53,071 nucleotides of DNA from a virus (taxonomy: Duplodnaviria; Caudoviricetes). The stretch is taken from positions 1-53,071 of IMG/VR virus record IMGVR_UViG_3300021976_000019; one strand, given 5' to 3'. A program made the position numbers and the translations under genes. Positions 43,451 to 52,950 of the stretch are shown piece after piece. The notes beneath the pieces are model-generated. The model had not been told where the DNA came from. It worked only from the letters and a program-made list of their open reading frames with translations, and made no database searches. Each line of letters starts with the position of its first letter. The first letter of the stretch is position 1.

Positions 43451-43748
43451 GGGTGGCCTCCTCAGTCGGCTGGAGTTGCTCGTCTGATGAGGGAGTATCG
43501 GCGGTCGGCTGCTCGTCCTCAGAAGTCTCTGGAGTCTCTTCCTCAGGTTCGGGCTCCGCGGGTTCTGGCTCACGCTCGACGCTGAAGGCCTTCCAGTCCC
43601 GGATTCCGGCGATGGTCCTCGGGTAAGCACCATCCTGCTGCCGGGAGACGATCAGCCCCAGGGAGTTAACGCTGACCTCGTTGCCGTCGGGAAAGACCCA
43701 GGATGGAGCCTCATGAAGATCATCATCGACCCAGACCTTGACCACCAC
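43419..43748 (-). CDS. hypothetical protein
   Basis: 109 aa, GGAGG RBS, acidic tail. Confidence 0.55.
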   Translation of the reverse strand: MVVKVWVDDDLHEAPSWVFPDGNEVSVNSLGLIVSRQQDGAYPRTIAGIRDWKAFSVEREPEPAEPEPEEETPETSEDEQPTADTPSSDEQLQPTEEATHGKRNQRSPV

Positions 43749-43750
43749 AG

Positions 43751-44044
43751 TTACCTCCCAAACGCATCGGCGAGGATCGCGTCGATGTCACTCTCCTCGC
43801 CGGAGTTGAACATGATCTTACGGGCCGGATCGAAGTGGGTGATCTTCTGACACGCCACAACGTGAGCGCACCGCGGGATTCGCGCCTCGCAGCTGCACAT
43901 CCACTCGCCCTCGAACAGCACGGTGTACGGCATCGCGGACGACCCCGCCACCTGGAACTCTCCGCGGGCGGCCGAGACCTCGACCACAGAGACGCGTCCC
44001 TGGGCGAGGTAGTTCTCGGCCTTTCGCTCGATCGATTCGGACAT
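43751..44044 (-). CDS. SWIM zinc-finger protein
   Basis: Y-x-V...WMCSC...CAHV pattern. Confidence 0.7.
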   Translation of the reverse strand: MSESIERKAENYLAQGRVSVVEVSAARGEFQVAGSSAMPYTVLFEGEWMCSCEARIPRCAHVVACQKITHFDPARKIMFNSGEESDIDAILADAFGR

Positions 44045-44046
44045 GA

Positions 44047-45177
44047 CTACCGCAGGTTGAGCCTGTGGCAGGAGTCGCAGCGATCGCTCATGGTGTGAGG
44101 GATGACGCCGCCGACCCGCATCGTGGTCTCGGCCACCTTGTCCGACAGCCGCGGGTCGTTGGCCGCCTGGGTCACGGCCTGCATCAGGCCGTAGGCAGTC
44201 AGGTCGTCGGACTCGACCAGAGAGTCCACGACGTTCTGGCGCGCGGGCGCGGGGACGCCCATGGAGCGGAACACGTCCTTGACCACGTCGTTCAGCTCAC
44301 CCTCCAGTGAGACCTGGGTGAGGGCCTGAACATCGTCCAGCTCCCGCTCCAGGTCGCCCAGGACAGACGTGGTGGACATCCCGGCCCAGTCGAGTACGTC
44401 GTCATAGTCCTGGCCCTGCACGCGGCGGTTGTAGTCCCCGGAGGTGGCGTGCTGGCTGATCGCTCCGTTGGTGCACCACCAGGAGAACAGGTAGCCACTG
44501 ACGTTGAGCTTGGTGTCCGCGGACGACATCAAGCTGTTGGTCAGCTGGATGCCAACGCTCCAATCGTCCGGGACCTCGACGGAATGCCGCGCGGTGTCCA
44601 AGGTCCGCTTGAACGCCGGGATGATGATCCGCAGCGCGGTGCGCTCCAGGCTGTGGAACATCTTGTAATCCACATAGAGCTGCTCGTCGCCGTACTTCTC
44701 CCGGATCGATCCGACCACACGCTCCACCAGTGGCAGGTTGGGGAAGCTGAACAGGCTGTTCTTCATGAACGCGACGCCGACGCCGTCCTTGCTCAGCATC
44801 CGCATCCCGTTGGCCTGCTTGACTCCGTTGTGGCGGACCCACCAGTTGAGGTTGGCCTGGATCAGTGGGCCTGGCGAGCGCAGGACATAGTCCTTGGTCA
44901 GGCCGATGCTGGAGGTCATCTTCAGCAAGGCTTCCTTGGTCAGCCGGACCTCGTCACCGCCCTTGACCTTGACCGTGCAGTTGGTCTCGGTGTCCGGGGC
45001 GGCCTCCTTCATGCCGTTGTCGGTCCACCCGTGTGGGAGCTTGAACTCGACATCGTCGGAGCCATCAAGGTTGAACTCGCTGTCGTCCAGCGGCTCAGTC
45101 TCGCGGAGGATGCTCATCGCATCGTCGAGGGTGAGGAGGTGCCCTTCCTCCTTCACAGCTTCAAGATCAACAGTCAT
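44047..45177 (-). CDS. DUF932-like protein
   Basis: GIQLTNS...CTNG motif and TAYGLMQAVT-x-xA helix. Confidence 0.6.
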   Translation of the reverse strand: MTVDLEAVKEEGHLLTLDDAMSILRETEPLDDSEFNLDGSDDVEFKLPHGWTDNGMKEAAPDTETNCTVKVKGGDEVRLTKEALLKMTSSIGLTKDYVLRSPGPLIQANLNWWVRHNGVKQANGMRMLSKDGVGVAFMKNSLFSFPNLPLVERVVGSIREKYGDEQLYVDYKMFHSLERTALRIIIPAFKRTLDTARHSVEVPDDWSVGIQLTNSLMSSADTKLNVSGYLFSWWCTNGAISQHATSGDYNRRVQGQDYDDVLDWAGMSTTSVLGDLERELDDVQALTQVSLEGELNDVVKDVFRSMGVPAPARQNVVDSLVESDDLTAYGLMQAVTQAANDPRLSDKVAETTMRVGGVIPHTMSDRCDSCHRLNLR

Positions 45178-45204
45178 GCGATCAGCTCTCCTTCCAGTTG
45201 ACGT

Positions 45205-46353
45205 TCAGTCATCGCGGACCTCCCCCGTGTCTGGGTCGATGTCGGGGTTGAAGTCAACGTCATCGGTGACCTTGTCATCGGTCCAGTTGTCGATCAGTTC
45301 CTTGGCCTTGGCCACCCACTTATCCAGCGTCTCGGAGTCGGTCTCCAACAGCCTGATGACGTTCTCCGTTTTGACGATGAGAGTCTCCTCCCCCGTCGGC
45401 GACAGATCCGCGGGGATGGTATGCCGACCTCCCGTTTGGGTGACCTTGATCCCCCTGTGCGCCTTGACCGCGTGGTAGGCGCTGTACGGCTGGCTGAACC
45501 CCTTGCCAAACCTGACCTGCATGTGGGCCAGCCGCTGCGGGAGGGCGACCTTGTTCTTGGTCACCTTGGCCCGGATGTTCGCCGCGGTCTGGATGTTCTC
45601 CTCTTCCTGAGTGACGCTGTTGAGCTGCTTGGCGCCCACGCTCGTTCCGATCATGAACTGAATCCGCATGTCGGAGTAGAACGCGATCCCGGAACCACCT
45701 GGCGTGTACGTCTTCTTCACCCGGCTGTAGCTCGGACCCGTCTCGATGTAGTCGAGGATGTGATTCACCAGGATCAGCGAACTCTGGGTGCGGTGCAGCA
45801 TCCCCTTGGAAGTGCGCAGAAGCTGGGTGATCAGCTTGGCCCGCTCCCCCACGGAGACCGATCCGGAGACAGCCTCGATCTCCTTCTTGGTGGCCATCGC
45901 CGCGACCGAATCGACGATCCCGAACGCCAGGTGCCCGGCCTTGGTCAGATCCCGGAAGATCTGGGCACCCTGCTCCAGGTTGTCCGGCTGGACGTAGATG
46001 AACGTGCTGGCATCGTTCACGTCCAGACCGAGCGTCGCACAGTAGTTCTCGTCCAGGCTGTACTCATAGTCCAGGTAGAGGATCGCACCCTCGTCCAGAC
46101 CGGCCAGCACACGCTTCTGGTGCGTCGCCGCAGTGCCGAGAGCCGCGGTGGTCTTTCCTGACTGGGAAACCCCGAACAGCTCGATCACTCGGCCGCGGGG
46201 GAGTCCTCCGATTCCGGTGGCGGAGTCCAATGAGAGGTTCCCGGTGCTGAACGCCTTCACGTTCATATCGAAGTCGGCCAGACTCCCCACCCGCAGGTCG
46301 GAGTCCTTCTTCCGGAGCGCGGCCAACGTCTGAGCCAGGGTCTTCTCAGCCAT
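45205..46353 (-). CDS. recA: RecA-family recombinase
   Basis: TGNLSLD...GGLPRGRVIELFG-x-xQSGKTT, VDSVAA, TPGG-x-xI-x-FYS, KNKV; start MAEKT at 46353. Confidence 0.92.
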   Translation of the reverse strand: MAEKTLAQTLAALRKKDSDLRVGSLADFDMNVKAFSTGNLSLDSATGIGGLPRGRVIELFGVSQSGKTTAALGTAATHQKRVLAGLDEGAILYLDYEYSLDENYCATLGLDVNDASTFIYVQPDNLEQGAQIFRDLTKAGHLAFGIVDSVAAMATKKEIEAVSGSVSVGERAKLITQLLRTSKGMLHRTQSSLILVNHILDYIETGPSYSRVKKTYTPGGSGIAFYSDMRIQFMIGTSVGAKQLNSVTQEEENIQTAANIRAKVTKNKVALPQRLAHMQVRFGKGFSQPYSAYHAVKAHRGIKVTQTGGRHTIPADLSPTGEETLIVKTENVIRLLETDSETLDKWVAKAKELIDNWTDDKVTDDVDFNPDIDPDTGEVRDD

Positions 46354-46918
46354 CGTCCTCACCCCATCGGACGGAGTCCAGCGACTCCAGGTTCTTCTTC
46401 GGCAGCTCCACCAGATGATGGCCGAGATGGGCCGCTCCGATCCCGGCAAGGGCCAGGGCGTCGGACTCGTCATTGTTCTTGAACTCGACCGCGGCGTAGC
46501 GCCGGGTCATCGCGATCAGGATCTCGTCCTTGGAGGCGTTGCCCTTGCCGGTGGCGTACTTCTTCACCGACTGGATCGGCACCTCGACGACCCGGAACCT
46601 ACGCTCGGCCAGGCTGTGAACGACCAGCCACCAGAGACCAGAACGGTCGTGGGGGTGGCCGTTGCGGGAGTTGAACGCGGGCGACTCCACCAAGATCAAG
46701 TCCGGCTTGGTGTCGATCACCTGGTTGACGATCCGAGTGGCCAGCAGCTTAAGCCGATCGTGCCGCTCGACCAAGGTGGCGGTGTCCTTGCCCTTGGTCC
46801 CGTAGGAGGAGACCTTGATCTCGGACTCGGTTCCGGCGGCACCGTCCTTGAGGTAGACCTCAGCCACACCCGTGGAGGTGAGGCTGAGGTCCAACCCGAC
46901 AATCGTGAGAGGAGACAA
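46346..46918 (-). CDS. ruvC: RuvC-like Holliday junction resolvase
   Basis: GLDLSLTSTG, VE, VKKYATGKGNASK and ESDAL motifs. Confidence 0.85.
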   Translation of the reverse strand: MSPLTIVGLDLSLTSTGVAEVYLKDGAAGTESEIKVSSYGTKGKDTATLVERHDRLKLLATRIVNQVIDTKPDLILVESPAFNSRNGHPHDRSGLWWLVVHSLAERRFRVVEVPIQSVKKYATGKGNASKDEILIAMTRRYAAVEFKNNDESDALALAGIGAAHLGHHLVELPKKNLESLDSVRWGEDDG

Positions 46919-46920
46919 GA

Positions 46921-47913
46921 TCAGGCCTCAAGATCAGCCAGGAGGTCGTCCAGGTCCTCGACACCGGACTTCGGCGTCTTCGGCTCTTCCTTGACCTCTT
47001 CCTTCGGCTCCTCCCTGGAGGCAGCGAACTCCTCCAACCCGGAAAGATCATCCGGAGCCTTCTCAGCCTTCGGCTCCTCCTTGGGAGTGGTGGAACCGCT
47101 GAGGAGATCCTCGATGTCATCGGCCGCGGTGCTGGTGTTGGTGTTCACCGGGGAGGACGGCATCGAGCCGGGATGACCGAAGGCGCGGTTGTAGGTATCG
47201 ACGATGTCCTGGACCACGCTCTTCAGCTCGTAGGCCTCGACCCGGCGACCCAGCAGGGGGGAGAGATCCTCAGCGCGCTGGGCCTTGATGATCGCGACCG
47301 TCTGCTTCATCCGCTCCTCACTGGAACGCCACTCGCAGGAGGCACCAGGAGTGATTTCGTACTTCTGGAAGGTCTTGTTCTCGCACGGACCGAGGTTCAG
47401 ATCCTTCTCGTTGAGCTTGCCGTGCTCGACCCGGATGTCCACCAGGCTGGAGAAGCGGGACTCGGCGAACTCCCAGGCCAGCAACTTGGCGCCATAAGGC
47501 TCCAGGAGGTTGAAGCTGTTCTTTTTGGTCTCGTACTTCAACACATGGACCACGAAGCGGCGCTTGGCCACCTCCACCGCGGCGCCGTTCTCGGCCGCGA
47601 GCTGACAGGCCGGGCAGTTCTCCTTGTCGACGCCCTTGTCCTTCAGGACCTCGATCTCGCCCAGGCAGATGTACTTGCCGACGAAATCGTTCTTCGGGAC
47701 CTCGCGAGTCTTCTCGAAGGCCTTGCCGTACTTCTCGGTCACCATGATCGGCTGACCGTTCTCAGTGATGATCTTCCGCAGGGTGTGGACGTACTCCATG
47801 ATCGGCTGGTCGATCACGCAGACGCGGGCCTTCTCCTGGGACTCCAGCGTGAGCTTGTCGTAGTCGAACATGCCCTTCCGCTTGTAGCCCTCGTCGAAAT
47901 CGATCTGTGGCAT
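46921..47913 (-). CDS. ssDNA-binding protein (gp32-like)
   Basis: 330 aa with H...C...CPAC metal site and acidic tail DDLLADLEA; next to recA and ruvC. Confidence 0.65.
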   Translation of the reverse strand: MPQIDFDEGYKRKGMFDYDKLTLESQEKARVCVIDQPIMEYVHTLRKIITENGQPIMVTEKYGKAFEKTREVPKNDFVGKYICLGEIEVLKDKGVDKENCPACQLAAENGAAVEVAKRRFVVHVLKYETKKNSFNLLEPYGAKLLAWEFAESRFSSLVDIRVEHGKLNEKDLNLGPCENKTFQKYEITPGASCEWRSSEERMKQTVAIIKAQRAEDLSPLLGRRVEAYELKSVVQDIVDTYNRAFGHPGSMPSSPVNTNTSTAADDIEDLLSGSTTPKEEPKAEKAPDDLSGLEEFAASREEPKEEVKEEPKTPKSGVEDLDDLLADLEA

Positions 47914-48012
47914 GTAGAACCTCCATCGTGTGAGCCTCCCCCACAGGGGCTGGCTCGGACCTTTGTTGGGGAGAAGCTCCCCTCACTATGTATCCGGGTC
48001 AGTGGGTGCGGA

Positions 48013-48516
48013 TCAGCCGGTATTTGGTTCCCAGTTCAACAACCGGACGCGGATCTCGACATCGCGCACCGCGCGGTCCAGCTCACGGTGCTTGATCCGG
48101 CCGTACTCCAGCGCTGCTTCGAGGTCGGCGAGCCGTTTCTCGATCTGGCGGACCTTGGTCCGCTCCTCCATCGTGGCCGCGGCCAGCCGGGAGTTCTTCT
48201 CCTGGGCGGAGGAGTAGTCCTCCAGCGGGAACCGCTTGGAGCCGGTGGTGACCGCGGTGGCATTGGCCGTCTCCAGCTCCCCCTTGCGATCGACCAGGAT
48301 GCCCTGTAGTCGACCGCGGATGCGGACCAGCTCGGCGATCAACTCAGAGATGCGAGACATCGCCGAGCGGGTGATCAAGAGCCGGTTGTGCAGGTCCTGG
48401 TGGGTCTCGCCCAGGTTGGGCGGATCAAGATCATTGACCAGCTCGGCGGCACGGGAGACCTCGGAGACATTGCGCTGGATGACCGCCAGCACCTGGTCTT
48501 CCTGGGTCTGGGTCAC
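48013..48516 (-). CDS. coiled-coil protein, possible UvsY-like recombination mediator
   Basis: 167 aa, helical; called from context beside SSB and RecA. Confidence 0.35.
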   Translation of the reverse strand: MTQTQEDQVLAVIQRNVSEVSRAAELVNDLDPPNLGETHQDLHNRLLITRSAMSRISELIAELVRIRGRLQGILVDRKGELETANATAVTTGSKRFPLEDYSSAQEKNSRLAAATMEERTKVRQIEKRLADLEAALEYGRIKHRELDRAVRDVEIRVRLLNWEPNTG

Positions 48517-48752
48517 TTCTCGAAGGCCTGCTTCAGCACCGTGAGCCGCTCCGAGGCCCGCTCCTTGGAGATCGCGTTGGCTCGGTAGAGGTAGTCCACC
48601 ACCATCATGTCGGCCTTGGCGGCCAGCTTGCGGAACTGAGCCACACTGGTCAGCTGGTTCCAGCCCTCGACCTCTTCCTTGATGTCCAGGTCGTACAGCT
48701 CGACCGAGATCGTCCGGCCTCCACCGAGGGAGGCGCCAGTCTTCACCTTCAT
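48513..48752 (-). CDS. hypothetical protein
   Basis: 79 aa; ATGA and GTGA overlaps with neighbours. Confidence 0.6.
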   Translation of the reverse strand: MKVKTGASLGGGRTISVELYDLDIKEEVEGWNQLTSVAQFRKLAAKADMMVVDYLYRANAISKERASERLTVLKQAFEK

Positions 48753-51700
48753 GCGGTACTCACTTCCACGACGTATTCTTCCGACGCGTCCTGGATCGCA
48801 CCCATCAGATCGCCATCGACGCTCACAGTGATCGGCGTCGGCTTCTGGTCCTCGCCCAAGGCGATGACCACGGGAACCTCACCAGGGTGGGACTTCAGGA
48901 CCTTGATCAACTCCTGGAAACGGTCCCGTGCCGGGGGCTCCAAGAATCGCAGTGTCAACTTACTCGGTTTTTCAAAAGATTGCACTTGGGGGTCCTCTTC
49001 GCCCCACGGGATGCACGATCCCCACCGCGGTCCGTACTCCCAGTCGACGGCGAAGGGTGGGAAGTCACCGAGGTGCTCGGGGATGGGGAAGGACACCTGA
49101 GGCTCCAGCGCGTCCTTGACCTCGGCCAGGTCCAGCTCATCGGAGACCTCGAAGATCAGCGCGTCGTGCTGGTTCATCAGCAGCCGAACCTTGGTGTTCC
49201 ACCAACCACGCTTCACCATCGCCCGCTTCGCGCGCACCATGGCCAGCTTGGTGATGTCAGCGCCGCCACCCTGCACCGGGATGTTGACGAACATGCGCTC
49301 GGCCTTGGACCGGATCGCGCGGTTGTCGCTGAGAAGCTCCCAGATCCGGGACCGGCGACCGAGAAAGGAGTAGACCATCCCCTTGTCGAATCCTTCCCGC
49401 TTCACCCTGGTGAACCACTCCGCCACCTTGGTGAACTTGCCGAAGTAGAGGTTGTAGAGCTTCTCGGCCTCGTCCTTGGAGATCCCCAGCTGGGTACTCA
49501 TCCCCTTCGGCGACTGGCCGTAGACGTTGCCGAAGCCGATCGTCTTACCCTTCTGCCGCTGCTCGTCGGTGACCTCCTCGATCGGGACCCCGAACATCAA
49601 TGCCGCGGTGGCGCGGTGAACGTCGATGCCGTCCCTGAAGGCGCCGATCAGGTAGGGCTCCTGGGACAGCCCGGCCAGCACACGCATCTCCTGCGCCCGG
49701 TAGTCGAAGCTCAGCAGGGTGTAGCCAGGCGAGGCCACCAGGTAGTCCCGCGCGTTGCCCGCCCAGTAGTCGTGGCCGTTGGTGCCGATGGCCTTGACGT
49801 GCTTGACGAAGGCCGCATCTCCCTCCTTGCCGGGCGGAAACTCGGTGTAGTCACGAGTGACCGTGGTGAACCACCACTTCTTGGTGATGTTCTGCACGTT
49901 CGGAGCGTCGGAGGCGAACCGGCCGGACTGGACCCTGACCTGGTTGAAGCTGGGATGCACCTTGCCGTCGTAGGAGGTGTTGATCTTGCTCCAGAGCTGG
50001 AACCACTCGCCCATCTTCTTGGTCTTGCGGTAGTTGATCAGCTGCTCGACCGCAGGGTGTTGGTGTCGGATGGCCTCCAACGACGCCTCCGAGGTCGACG
50101 GCTGGGGGTTGGACTCATGCTTGGTCATCATCGCCGGGACCAGGCCAAGACCTTCGTCCTGGTTGAACAGCAGACTGCGCAGCTGGGGGACGGAGCGGAA
50201 GTTGAAGCCGGGGAGTTCGCGACCGGCGCCCTCCTCGAACAGGCGTCGGGTCTCGGCCTCCATCCGGTCGTAGAACCGCTCGAAGTCCTCCACACCGCGG
50301 TCGATGCCCTCCCAGTCCACCGCGACACCGGTCTCGGCCATGTCGAGCAGGACACCGATGATCTCCCGCTCCAGCTGGTAGATGAAGCCGAGCGACGGCG
50401 GCTTCACACCGTCGGCCAGGAGCAACGGACGCTGATGTTGATCAAGCCGCAGTCCCCAGGTCACGTCGTCACACACGTAGTTGATCACTTCGGGGGTGAG
50501 CGGGAGCACGTTGTAGCGGATGGCCTCCATCTGGGCCTGGGTGAGCTTCTTCCCGTCGACCTCGAACAGGTGCATGATCTCGGTCTGGGCGTAGTTGAAC
50601 CAGAAGCCGGACAGGTACTTCAGGGCGTGAAACTGGCTCTCACCCAAGACGTAGGACTGGACCACGGTGTCCTGGAGGTGGTCCCACGGCGGGTGGATGG
50701 CGGGGCCGTGTCCCTTGCGCTCCAGGGCGGCCAGGTTACGCAGCTCGAAGACGCTGTTCCCAGTCAGGACCCCTCCCGCCAAGGTGAACCGCTCAGGACC
50801 GTCGTGAACGGTCGCGCAAAACACCTCCACATTGCTACTCGAAGGACCAACCGAAACCACACGCCACGAGAGTGCTGGGTCCTTGCTGAGCACGATGTGG
50901 TGCATCCAGACACCTTCGGGCTGATAGCCAGAAGGCTCAAACCTCCGTGACGACCCTGCAACCACCCAGCCACCCCGAACAGCATTCCTCTCCAACCACG
51001 CAACACCCTCACTGCTGGTTGTAGTCAGGCTCCGAGTGTGATCCTTCGGCTGGTACCCGCCCGACCGCGAACCGTCCAGAAGCTGCCAACCCTCGATGAA
51101 GTCGGCCACGTACTGGTCACCCACATCGTCAGAGGGAAGCTGCTTCATGTTGGTCTGGGAAGTGTGCAGGGCCACCGGATCGCCGTGAGACGAAGGAGGG
51201 TAGGTGTAGGAGTCGAACCGATCCTTGAACTCCTCCTTCCAGCCACAAAGACGAATCTGGTGACAGTAGTGCTGGGCGTGCTTCGGCTGCTTACTACACA
51301 AGGACCCGTCCGCGAAGATCAACCCGTGGATGAAGGCCTCAGAGTGCTTGTCCACGGACACAATCGGAACCGCGGCCTTGACCGCATCCTTGATTCGCTT
51401 CCTACCGACGTAGTAGATCAGCGAGGTGGAGAGTTCGTCAGTGGTCAAGATCCGACCACTGACCATCTCCCACCGATGGTTGTCAGTGGCTCTAAAGACG
51501 TGGCGGATGAACGAACGGGACCGACCGTTAGGGGCGAGCACCACTTCCCTGACAGGGGCGGTACCGAAAGATCGGATGTCGGCCTTCATCCAAGCGGAGC
51601 CGTTCCAGACCTCCTGAACGGTTCCGGCCAGCTCATCCAGACGACTCAGACCGCGGTCACGGGTAAGGAACTCCGCATCACCACTGAAGCAGTTGTGGTT

Positions 51701-52036
51701 GGTCATCTCCAACGTCTCCAGGACCGGCTTCATGATCGGCCAGACCTTCTCCGGATCGAGGTTCTCGCCGAAGTCGTGCAGCAGTGGGACGTAGCGGGCC
51801 CAACGCACGTCGTTAGTGATCGAGAACCCGACCACAAACTGGAGCGGCCAGTAGATGTCCAGCGATCCCTTCCGCCGGTCCGGGCCGGTGTATCCGGTCT
51901 CCACGTCGAAGGAGATCGTTTTGCCTTGGCTCATCAGCAGGTCGGCGAGTTTCTTCACCCCGTCCAGGGATCTCACCATCCCGTAGTTTCCGACGAAGTC
52001 GGACAGGTCAGGAGTTTCGATCATCTGCATCCCCAC
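48749..52036 (-). CDS. polA: family A DNA polymerase with 3'-5' exonuclease and intein
   Basis: ExoI FDVET, ExoIII YVCDD, GRFAS-x-xPNVQNI, motif A DYRAQEMR, motif B RQKGKTIGFGNVYG, motif C QHDAL; no 5'-3' exonuclease domain. Confidence 0.93.
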   Translation of the reverse strand: MGMQMIETPDLSDFVGNYGMVRSLDGVKKLADLLMSQGKTISFDVETGYTGPDRRKGSLDIYWPLQFVVGFSITNDVRWARYVPLLHDFGENLDPEKVWPIMKPVLETLEMTNHNCFSGDAEFLTRDRGLSRLDELAGTVQEVWNGSAWMKADIRSFGTAPVREVVLAPNGRSRSFIRHVFRATDNHRWEMVSGRILTTDELSTSLIYYVGRKRIKDAVKAAVPIVSVDKHSEAFIHGLIFADGSLCSKQPKHAQHYCHQIRLCGWKEEFKDRFDSYTYPPSSHGDPVALHTSQTNMKQLPSDDVGDQYVADFIEGWQLLDGSRSGGYQPKDHTRSLTTTSSEGVAWLERNAVRGGWVVAGSSRRFEPSGYQPEGVWMHHIVLSKDPALSWRVVSVGPSSSNVEVFCATVHDGPERFTLAGGVLTGNSVFELRNLAALERKGHGPAIHPPWDHLQDTVVQSYVLGESQFHALKYLSGFWFNYAQTEIMHLFEVDGKKLTQAQMEAIRYNVLPLTPEVINYVCDDVTWGLRLDQHQRPLLLADGVKPPSLGFIYQLEREIIGVLLDMAETGVAVDWEGIDRGVEDFERFYDRMEAETRRLFEEGAGRELPGFNFRSVPQLRSLLFNQDEGLGLVPAMMTKHESNPQPSTSEASLEAIRHQHPAVEQLINYRKTKKMGEWFQLWSKINTSYDGKVHPSFNQVRVQSGRFASDAPNVQNITKKWWFTTVTRDYTEFPPGKEGDAAFVKHVKAIGTNGHDYWAGNARDYLVASPGYTLLSFDYRAQEMRVLAGLSQEPYLIGAFRDGIDVHRATAALMFGVPIEEVTDEQRQKGKTIGFGNVYGQSPKGMSTQLGISKDEAEKLYNLYFGKFTKVAEWFTRVKREGFDKGMVYSFLGRRSRIWELLSDNRAIRSKAERMFVNIPVQGGGADITKLAMVRAKRAMVKRGWWNTKVRLLMNQHDALIFEVSDELDLAEVKDALEPQVSFPIPEHLGDFPPFAVDWEYGPRWGSCIPWGEEDPQVQSFEKPSKLTLRFLEPPARDRFQELIKVLKSHPGEVPVVIALGEDQKPTPITVSVDGDLMGAIQDASEEYVVEVSTA
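50756..51691 (-). mobile_element. intein with LAGLIDADG-type endonuclease (312 aa)
   Basis: HN|CFSGDAEFLT...ATDNHRW...GVLTGN|SVFE; blocks IHGLIFADGS and FIEGWQLLDGS. Confidence 0.9.
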
Positions 52037-52950
52037 AATCTCGATACGGTCGGCACAACTTCGGGCTGGTAGAGCCGTTCAAAGCCCACGCTCAACGCCC
52101 GGCGACAGCGCTGGACAGTCTCGTTCGGGTAGTGCACGAGGAGTGGCTTCAGCTCGATCACCCGATAGGGCTTCAGACCAGCCTTGCTGGCCAGCTGCTT
52201 GGGTCCTGGCTTTCCGGCCAGATGCGGCCGGATCAGGGAAAGGTCGAACAGGGCGGTCTCCAGCCGCTTGAACAGCGATCGCGCTTGGTCAGCCGAGAGT
52301 GCGGCCGGGGTCCGGCGCCGGGCCAGGAAGTTCCGGTAGACCGACTCCACCTCCGACATCGGCACAACGATGTCGATGATCTGTCGGACTCGACGATCAC
52401 GCATCGGCAAACCTCCCGTCATCCCGAGGTAGGGCAGCCGCGCCCAGAAGAGTGGCTCGATCCGGTAGCCCGCTCGCTTGCAGGCGTACTCGGCATCAAC
52501 CTCGACGATATGGAAGGTCTCTGACACCCACCGGATCAGATTTCCCCGGCCGACCTCGCCGGGCGGATCGGCGACGCTGAGGTAGGTACCCTGGCGGCCA
52601 GCTTTCACCTTCACAGCCTTGGCCTGATCGGTGTCGGGCACCGCGGTGCCGGTGAGCACCAGTGACTGGCCGGGCGCCTTGTGTGCAGTGAGGTAGAGGT
52701 CGATTAGGCTCCAGTCGTCATCACTCATCGACTCGACCCCGCGGACGATCAGCACCTGGGACTCCGTCCCCACACCTACCAGGGTCGAAAGATCGTCGTA
52801 GGAGAGTGGAGGGCGAAGGTTGATCTGATGGTCAGCCTTGGCGGTTACCACGGCGACGAGAAGGTCGACGACGGCGCCGACCGAGCCCACCAGCAGGTAG
52901 ACCTTCCGACCTGGGACCACCTTGTCCCAAGAAGCGAGCCAGTCAGCCAC
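52021..52950 (-). CDS. putative clamp-loader delta (HolA-like) subunit
   Basis: 309 aa; N-terminal VYLLVG, degenerate AAA+-like layout and LKPYRV C-terminal motif; dnaX and dnaN are in the same window. Confidence 0.5.
   Translation of the reverse strand: MADWLASWDKVVPGRKVYLLVGSVGAVVDLLVAVVTAKADHQINLRPPLSYDDLSTLVGVGTESQVLIVRGVESMSDDDWSLIDLYLTAHKAPGQSLVLTGTAVPDTDQAKAVKVKAGRQGTYLSVADPPGEVGRGNLIRWVSETFHIVEVDAEYACKRAGYRIEPLFWARLPYLGMTGGLPMRDRRVRQIIDIVVPMSEVESVYRNFLARRRTPAALSADQARSLFKRLETALFDLSLIRPHLAGKPGPKQLASKAGLKPYRVIELKPLLVHYPNETVQRCRRALSVGFERLYQPEVVPTVSRLWGCR

Noticed and set aside
48953-48958. TTGACA inside polA as a promoter
   Set aside because: No plausible -10 hexamer at 16-19 nt
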